A stretch of DNA of 64,000 nucleotides from Salpingoeca rosetta (lineage: Eukaryota; Protista; Choanoflagellata). Shown one piece after another: positions 55,173 through 64,000 of this stretch (position 1 is the stretch's first letter; every line of letters starts with the position of its first letter). The position numbers and the translations under genes are program-made. The notes under the pieces were generated by a model. That model was not told the origin of the DNA, made no database searches, and saw only the letters and a list, made by a program, of their open reading frames with translations. The DNA is taken from positions 544,435 through 608,434 of the forward strand of contig JAWQFM010000019.1 in the NCBI GenBank assembly GCA_033442325.1, given 5' to 3'.

Positions 55173-56646
55173 CCACCCACACACACACCCACACACCCAC
55201 ACACCCACACACCCACACACACACCCACACCCACACCCACACCCACACCCACACCCAACCAAACAAAGATAGAAAGGACTCACAGCAGCGCCAAACTCCT
55301 CGGGCCCTGCGAGGACGCTGGAGACGGGATTGAAGAAGAGACTCTTGAAGCCGCCAGCAACATCGCGCACAACCTGGAGGGGATCACCCAGCATGTCCAG
55401 CGAGAGAATGGTGGACACTGCAGCCGTTGGGGTGGTGGTGGGTGCGAGTGAGTTCGTGCCTGGGCACTTGCAAGCATTCAGGGTGATGCCGCAAGTTGAA
55501 CCACACACACACACATATCCCCCCCCCCCCACAAACACACAAACACAAACACATGTTCATACATTCACGCAGCCATGAGGTGCGGGCACTCACCGAGACC
55601 GATGGAGACGAGCCAGCGGAAGACGTTGTGTTCATATGATTCACCAAGACGAATCAGCAGCGCAGTCAGCGAGATGAGCGTGTCCTTCAACTCGAACGAA
55701 TCTGTGTCGTAAGGATGGCATGTTGAACAAATGTGAGCAGGATGGGGCAGAAGGAGGTGCGAGCAATGTGATTCAACATGCAAGGCAAAAGACCATGAGC
55801 AGAGGGTACAAGCACACACGCACGCACAAACGAAAACAAGCACAAGCACAAGCACAAGCAGCCACAACCACGCATACAATCACGAACACGCCACACGCTC
55901 CCTCAATGACTGCGACGCACTAAGGTTGAACGGGGCACTGTTCACAGCGGGGATGGTGATGCCAATGGTCTGGAAGACGGCTGGCAGGTCCTGCGTTGCC
56001 GCGTCCGCATTGGTCAGTGTCACACGCACATCGACGGGGCTGATGAAGATGTGTTTGCAGAACAGCGGCACGGGGCTGGCGGGCGGTGGGTCGTCCGTCA
56101 GCTCACCCTCAGGCAGCAGTTCAAGCACAGAGAGGAAGCGTAGCAGCTGCGCCAGGAACTCGCCGTCAACCTGACATGGCGGGAACAGGGGGTGGGGAGT
56201 GTGGAATGGTTTTAAGGGGAAAAGGGTAATGGTGTGGTGGTTCGAGGATGCGGGTTGCCTTGTGGGACGACAAGGTACACACGCACACGCATGGATACGT
56301 AGGTATGTATCCATGGACACAAATTCACAACCAAAGTGCACAAGTACAACCAAACGTGCACCTAAACTGCACACGCACACACGCACGCACAAAACACAAA
56401 CGCACAAACATACCTTGAGTTCAAGCGGCAGGAGTTTGGCGCCAAAGTACTCGATGCTGTCGGCGGCGCGTCCGCTCACATCGCCGAGTTTCTGCACAAA
56501 GGAGAGCTCAAATACGTGCATGCGGTTTTCCTCCTCCTTCTGCTCCAGCTGTCAGAGGCGGAGAGAGCGAGAGCGAGAAGGACATTCATGCAAAGTCAGT
56601 CAGTCGAGTGCTCAGGTTCGAACACACTTGTAGACACGCGCACACA

Positions 56647-56677
<31 letters not shown>

Positions 56678-57156
56678 AAAAAAAAAAAACTCACGCGCGC
56701 AACAACCACGTAACAAATTCGCATACCTGTGTGCGGCTGTACATGACGACGGGGTAGAGGGCGTCGTGCTGCTGGAAATCAAGCTGCAGCTTCTGCACAG
56801 CTGCCGCCAGTTTCAAACGCTGTGTCGTCTGCGTGAACGACGCGCTGATGTTGTCGAGCGTAAAGAGCGCAAACTCGGAGGGCCGCTGCTTGGTGCTGTC
56901 AATCAGGGAGACGGACAGGCCACCCTCCAACAGCACATTCACGTTCAGCAGCAATTCCTCGCTCTCCGCATCCGCAGAGAGGCCATACAGCGAACGCAGA
57001 TGCTTCACGTCATTGGCTGCCGTTGGTTACGTGCGTGTGTGTGTGTGTGCGAATGTGTGTGAGCGCATAAGCTTGAGTGTGTGCGAACGCTTGTTTGTGA
57101 ATGTGTGAAGGGAAGAAGCTGCTCAAACTCTCACCCGAACATTCTCACGCAAGAAG

Positions 57157-57198
<42 letters not shown>

Positions 57199-58080
57199 CA
57201 CCAATAACGTAGTGAAGCACGCCGGTTGTCTTGTCTGGAATGACATTGACAACAGCAAGCACGTCATCATCGGGTGACTCCTTTGTTCCTTTCTTCTTCT
57301 TGTTGCGAAGTTTCATCACGCCCTCCGGCGCAAAGGGAACAGAGACCCAGTCGCACTCCTCTGTATTCGACGTCGTGTACACCTACAGATGGTTGTGTGT
57401 TTGTGTGTGTTTGTGTGTGTGTGTGTGCACGTGTGTGTATTGCGTGTGCGTGAATGCGTGTGCGCATCACCAATCTTCAGACGCAGGACATCGCACAGAA
57501 GAGAACAAGGCCATCACAGCCCGGGTTTCTCAGCGACCTTGAGTTGCAGTTCGCGTTTGGCGGCGGGGTTTGGATCCTCAAGCGCGTAGTTCATACCGAA
57601 CGACGGGTTGAGCAGGTACTGGATTTGAATGCGGCAGATGGGGTGGGCAGCGCGCAGGCGCACACAAAGAGTTGAAGTTGAGCAGATAGCGATATGTAGA
57701 GGCAGATCAAACCACAGCTTGTGCATGTGTGCGTGTGCATGTGTGCGCGTGTGTATGTGTGTGTGTGTGTGCGTGCGTGTGCGTGTCGGAAAACGAGTCA
57801 TACAGACAAACAGCTACACATGTGCGCGCACGCGCATCACACCTCTGGAGCCCAGGTGACTTCGGACTGCTTGAATGCAATCTTGCGGTTGGTGTGGTTC
57901 TCGATGCGCATGGGCGGGGTTGAGGAGACGGGGCGGAACGTGACAACAAACCGACCCGCCTTCTTGAAACAGTCTGCCTCAACAGCCGTCAACTCGTCTT
58001 CCTGTGGGTGGTGGTGGTAGTGGTGGTGGTGGTGGTCACAGCAGCGAAACCATCGTGAACTCAGCGATATTCAGCACACG

Positions 58081-58135
<55 letters not shown>

Positions 58136-61100
58136 GTAACGAGGGACTCACGTCATTGTGGATTTTGAGGGTGTGCACGACGCGCACATCAACACCGAGT
58201 TCCGTGGGCGCAAAGGCGCCACTCCAGCCTGAACGAAAAACAGCAGCGTGTGTGTGTGGGGGGGGAGGTGAGCTGCCCTACAGATGCGGAGACGTTGACG
58301 CTCAACAGCAGAAACACACGCCACATGCACAGAGACACAGACACAGACACAGACACACAGACACAGACAAAGACACACAGACAAAGACACACACAAAAAC
58401 ACACACACACACACACACACACACGAGCACACACCTGTAACGCTGCTGAGCGCGAGTTTCCAGAGGGTTTTGTTCGGAACGTCGGCGTCGTGCCAGGTGA
58501 GGCCGGGCGGGATGGTGCGCGTGCGCTGGTCAACGGGGTCATCGGTCGCCTGCTTCACACGCGTGAGGTGGACAGGCTCGCTCGTGTCGTTCTTAAACGT
58601 GAGAATCGGGTCCACAAAGAGGCGCCTGGAGAGCAGGTCCTCATCGGCAAACTCCCAGTGGATCATGAGAATCTTGGGGGCGCGCCCGCGCTCCTGCACC
58701 TCACCCTTGTCGTCGACGTACAGACACTTGATGAGCGTGTTGCCGGCCACCAGCTTGGTCACGTCAAAGGGGCGCGAGCGGAAGCCGTCAAACGACACCA
58801 CCGTCTCGTCCAGCCGCGTGAGGGGCGAGTACAGCCACACGGTGTGCGTGTCCCCTTCCCCGCTGGACAGCTTGCGCTTGTCGTAATCGCTCTTTGGCTG
58901 TGGGCGGCGCGGGATGTACGGCTCCCCAGATGTCGTGCGCGGGCGAACGCTCAGCTGCAAATCCGTGTTGTTGACAATCTGGAAGGGGCAATACAGGATG
59001 GCTGTTTCTGGGCCGTACTCGGCCGGTTCGCGGCGCAGCGTGAGGAAGAGCTTCAGCATGGTCAGCGCCTGGCTCAACTCCTCTGGCGGCACCCACGTGG
59101 TGGTGTACGGCTTCTTCTTTGGGCGGTCAAGGTCAATCATGCACGGCTTGCTCCAGTACCCCTCGGTGAACTTGGGCGGCGTGTCGCGCACGAGGGTCTC
59201 GTGTGTCGGCAGGTTGTCCATGCTGTTGACAATCGCCATTCGCACCGTCAGCGCCCGCTTGTGCACGAGCGACGTGAACCCTGAAGAAGAACAACAAAAA
59301 GAAGAAGAAGAAGGTGGCGTGGGCGAGGGGACAGGAAAAGTTCAGAAGAAGGGAGTGTCAGTGTGTGAGGGAACAGATAACACAAAGACCGACAACCGCA
59401 AGAAGAAGAAGAAGAAGATGATGATGATGAAGAAGAAGAAGAAGAACAAGAACAAGAACAAGAAGAAGAACAAGAAGAAGAAGAAGAACAAGAAGAACAA
59501 GAACAAGAACAAGAACAAGAACAAGAACAAGAACAACAAGAAGAAGAAGAACAACAAGAAGAAGAAGAAGAAGAACAAGAAGAAGAACAAGAAGAACAAG
59601 AACAAGATGAAGAAGAACAAGAAGAAGAACAAGAAGAAGAACAAGAACAAGAACAAGAACAAGAAGAAGAAGAAGAAGAAGAAGAACAAGAAGAAGAAGA
59701 AGAACAAGAACAAGAACAAGAACAAGAAGAAGAAGAAGAACAAGAACAAGAACAAGAACAAGAAGAAGAACAAGAAGAAGAAGAAGAACAAGAAGAAGAA
59801 GAAGAACAAGAACAAGAACAAGAAGAAGAAGAAGAACAAGAAGAAGAAGAAGAAGAAGAAGAACAAGAACAAGAAGAAGAAGAACAAGAAGAAGAACAAG
59901 AAGAAGAAGAAGAACAAGAACAAGAAGAAGAACAAGAAGAAGAAGAAGAAGAACAAGAAGAAGAAGAAGAACAAGAAGAAGAAGAAGAACAACAAGAAGA
60001 AGAAGAACAACAAGAAGAAGAAGAAGAAGAACAAGAAGAAGAAGAACAAGAACAAGAACAAGAAGAAGAAGAACAAGAAGAAGAAGAAGAACAAGAAGAA
60101 CAAGAACAAGAAGAACAAGAAGAAGAAGAAGAACAAGAAGAAGAAGCGGGCAAACGCAGGAGACCTCAAGTGCTGCTAACAGCAGGTCCAACAAAATACA
60201 GAACTGAGCACACAGAGCAACGGACAAGCAAGATGGGGTTTGTCCAAAGCAAACCACGCAACCAACGTACCACACTTGCCACCGGGCGGAACTGCCACGT
60301 ATGAATACGGCAGCGCTTCTTCGTTGGCGCAGAGGCCAAACACCACGCACACAGGCAGGCTGTTCTTGAAGGACAGCGGCTCAACAATCCGGAAGGAGGA
60401 CTGCATCTCGCGGCCGGTTGGGCAAAGGGAGCAGACAAAGGGGCGCTGCTCGTCCTTGCAGACGAGATCGCGCTTTGCCGGGTCACGCGACAGGCGACAG
60501 TCCTCCACCATCTCACTCCACGGGTGGCCCTCCTTGAGGCGCACGCGGACCTGGCCAGGGTCCTTCACCAGCAGACACATGGGCGCGGCAAGCTTGTCGT
60601 CCGCCTCCTTCACACCAGGCACCTTGTAGGCAACCTTCTTCGACCTGCTCCGTGCGCAATCGATTGGAGGGGCGAGGAGAAATGGTTGGTGGTTGGTGGT
60701 TGTGGTTGGTGGTTGGTGATTGTGAGGGGGAACAAGTCGTGGTTCGTTTTCAAGTGAGCAAGCGTGTGAAATAAAGGTGGGTGTGAGTAAGGCGGTTGTG
60801 AAAGAACAGTACGAAGCGCAGGCGTACACGCAACCGACATAGGCAGTCGGATATGAAGGCATCACTGCAGTGTGCAAGTTGACAATGCTCCACAACAAGT
60901 GAGAACACAATAACAGCCAGACACAATCTACAAAGCCACCATCAGCACACGCACTTGAGGGCCGCCGCAGCCTCCTCCGTGCTGTTGGTGAGCAGAATGT
61001 CCTTGAACTTTGGATTGTACAGGCGATGCAGCGGGCGCAACTCCACGCGCTCTGTTGCTGTTGTTGCTGCTGGAGATGTTTGCGGCGGGTACACGTATCC

Positions 61101-64000
61101 AGCCAGCCGCAGCCCTTTGGTTTGGAGCTCTGTTGTGCTCATCTCCTCCTTCAGCGGCTTCTGACCAGGCAGCACCTGTCATGGCGCATGTGCGTGCGTG
61201 TGCATATGTGTGCATGCATGCATGCGTGTGTGTGTGTGTTTGTTTGTGTGTGCGCATGCATGCGTGAGATTGATGAAAAAAAGTTGGGTTGTGCGAGCAC
61301 CTACATGCTCACGCAGTCACTTGAACCCTCGCAAATACACATACTCGCACAATTTCCACCACTCGCAGCAGTCAGCAAAATCTCACCAGCCCTGGTTGGT
61401 TGACAAAGCCGTCGTATTCGTGTTCTGTCGGGGAGAGGCGGGTGAGCCAGAGCGGCACCGTGTTCTCAAGCTGGTGGCGGTACACAAACCCAAGCGTGCA
61501 GACTTGCTGCGCATGCAAGTTGCACGAGATGGCCTGCAAGGGGTCGGTCGTGTACATGTGCTTGTTTGCGGCTGGATCGAAGAAGCGAAGCAGCGGCACA
61601 AGCATGTCGTCGGTGGACACGGTGTCCAGTAAACCAAGCGGTGGCGAGTACTGTTGCTCCGGCACGAGCGAAATGGACAGCTCCTCCGTGTGCGAAAATC
61701 CCGGCACGCACACGTCCACAGGGTGCTTGAGCCCGTTCTCCAAGTGCAGCGGGGAGCGCATAATCACCTCGCGCACGCCATCCTGCACGCGCACGTGTAC
61801 GACCAAGCGGACGCACCGTCCGGACCCGCTCGACGTTGTCAGCTCGCACGTGGTCTCGCCAACCTCCGAGATGGCCAGGCCTTGCAGAGGCTGGAACCCG
61901 TCGACTTCCAGGCCAATGGCATGCTCGCCGTCACCGGACAGCCGCAGCAGCTCCAGTGCATACAGCTCTCGCGCCTTCTGCTTCCCTGCTTTGGAGATGC
62001 GCTTGTGCGTGGGGCCTCCATCGCGGCTGCTGCTTTGCTCGTCCTCATTGTCATCATCAGCACCTTGCCCACGGCCATTGCTGCTGTCTTCCTCGCCAGC
62101 ATCATCATCATCATCATCATCATCATCACCACCACCATCATCATCATCGGCATTCCTGTCACGAGCACGAGATGATGACACGGTGCCACCACGAGCACCA
62201 GCATCGGGGGTCGATGCTGCTGGTGCAGTGTTGATGTGCTGGCTGCTGCCGCGCGGTGTTTGTGGCGTGAGAATCTCAATGGCTGCTGGGTTCACGTCCG
62301 CAACCCGGTAACACATGTAACACGCGCGCGTCATGGACAGGTTCTTGTTCAGGTCTGGGAAGAGCACGATGAAGCCGTTGGGGGCGTTGTTGGTGTAGAA
62401 GAAGCGAATCTCCACCACGGGTGGCGCGCCTGGCTCTCGTCGGAAGTGCAGATACAGTGCGGCACCCTTGTTGCCCAAGTTCAGGTTCACTCCGGTCGTC
62501 TCCCACCCTTCATCTTCAGGCTCGCGCGTGTACCCTGTGTATGTGTGTATGTGTATGTGGGTGTATGTATGTGTGTGAATGAGAACGAATGGTGCATGTG
62601 AAGGAGAACACGAGAAGACAAAGAGGAGGTTCTCTCGCTCGCTCTCACACATTTTACTATCACTTATTCGCACCCACCCACACATGCACGCACACACGTG
62701 TAAACACCCACACACACCCACACACCCACACACCCACACGTGTACACACACATACACACACACACACACACAAACACACATACACACACACACGTGTACA
62801 CACACACACACACGAACACAAACACAAACACACATACACACACACACACACACATACGCACCAATCTTGAGGGCGGTGATGGGTTCGAAGCGCGTGTCGG
62901 TGGTGCGCAGGAGGAAGATGTTGTCACCACCGGATTTCTCGTTGAGGTTGAATGGCTTGCCGTCATACATGGCATCCCAGTACCTGTGCAGAGCAACACA
63001 ACGAGAAAAAGCAATACAAGAGTCAGGAGCACGTGCAAGGGCATGTGCAGAGATTGAAACAGGGTGGTAGTGACGGAACAACGCCGTTTCCAACACACAC
63101 GCAAACAAACACACACGCACGCACGCAAACAAACACACACGCACACGCACACGCATCTCCTTCTCCCTTGTCCTTCCTACCCCCGCCACACGTACACACT
63201 ACCCCAAAACAGAAACCGTACACAGGGTTGCTGGCGTCATCATCTGGCGGCCCCTGCGGCGCGAGGCGTGCGCCCTTGCGAATGATGGACACGAAGAGGT
63301 TGGTGATTGGCTTCTCGCCAGTGACCGTCTTGGGCTCGACAGCAGTCCAGCGACACGGCGCCCGCTTGATGCACAGCATGGGGTTTTCCTTCTTCTTCTG
63401 GCCCGCGCTCAGGTTCTTGCGAATCACGTAGAAGCCAGAGGGGATGGACTCGTGCTTGGTGCCGTTGTGATAGATGACCGTCATGTCGATGATGGGGGCG
63501 CCGTTGCCGCGGAACACGCTCATGAACACGTCCCGCGCACCCGACGCGCCCGTGTTGAGGTTGGTGGGGATCATGTCGTAGCCGGCAGGGATGGGCTCGT
63601 GCACGCCAATCTTGGGCGTGATGCACCCCTTTGTGCCAATGAACGACACCTGCACATCGGTGATGGGCTGCTGGTCCTGGTTGGAACCGTAGCACAGGTA
63701 CAGCTTGTGCCCGCTGCCTCCCTCGTTGAGGTTCTTCTCAATCATGCGGTAGCCAGGCGGTGGGCGCTCGCCCTTGTTTGCGTCGATGATGACAATGTCG
63801 GTGATGGCGGAGGTGTGCTGCTGCTGGCCCTTGGCCATGTACCCCATAAACTGCTGGCGGGCAGAGCCTGTGGACGCGCCTGTGCCCCTGGACTGCCCGT
63901 GCATGTCCGACAGCACCTCGCGCTCTGGCGTGAACACCATCAGCTCGCCCGGCGGCACCACGTGCTTGCGCGCCACGTCTGCGCTGAAGCGCCCAGATGG
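52823..64000 (-). CDS. VPS13: VPS13 family bridge-like lipid transfer protein, 3' portion (5' end outside the window)
   Basis: About 22 exons. VAB/SHR-BD signals ([41 protein letters not shown]), [35 protein letters not shown], the Gly-rich ATG_C-like region [31 protein letters not shown], and RARLPRHI. Confidence 0.92.
59399..60146. repeat. About 750-bp (AAG/AAC)n trinucleotide array in a VPS13 intron
   Basis: Read directly. It lies between the exons ending at about 60271 and starting at about 59280. Confidence 0.95.

Noticed and set aside
58914-60350. Poly-K/N, poly-F/L and poly-S/C ORFs
   Set aside because: They are read-through of the intronic AAG/AAC array.

Overview
Gene-dense, intron-rich eukaryotic genomic DNA saturated with (CA)n/(GT)n microsatellites. 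The style suggests a choanoflagellate such as Salpingoeca rosetta, which is my inference and not a database result. Most ORFs in the supplied track are microsatellite read-through artefacts. Splicing the exons by hand gives about 14 genes: an IQGAP-type RasGAP (-), WDR44 (+), TOM20 (+), a small gene spanning a gap (-), a CYSTM-like protein (+), a GAS2-like CH+GAR protein (+), a Q-rich putative Ig-fold transcription factor (-), a class-V aminotransferase/cysteine desulfurase (-), an internally deleted ABCG remnant (+), an orphan ORF (-), an F-box/LRR-like gene (+), an ING PHD protein (-), a FYVE-LRR-degenerate Roc-COR protein (+) and the 3' part of VPS13 (-). There are three N gaps. The most notable points are: (1) a transcript-oriented repeat pattern in which GU repeats follow 5' splice sites and stop codons while CA repeats precede 3' splice sites and starts, often replacing the polypyrimidine tract and able to base-pair; (2) a Runt/p53-fold-like orphan TF candidate; (3) a ROCO protein with a degenerate GTPase plus FYVE and FFAT-like motifs; (4) VPS13 with MABP, DUF5648-like and DysF accessory domains; (5) compositionally foreign islands next to CA repeats. 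All domain calls come from motif recognition only.
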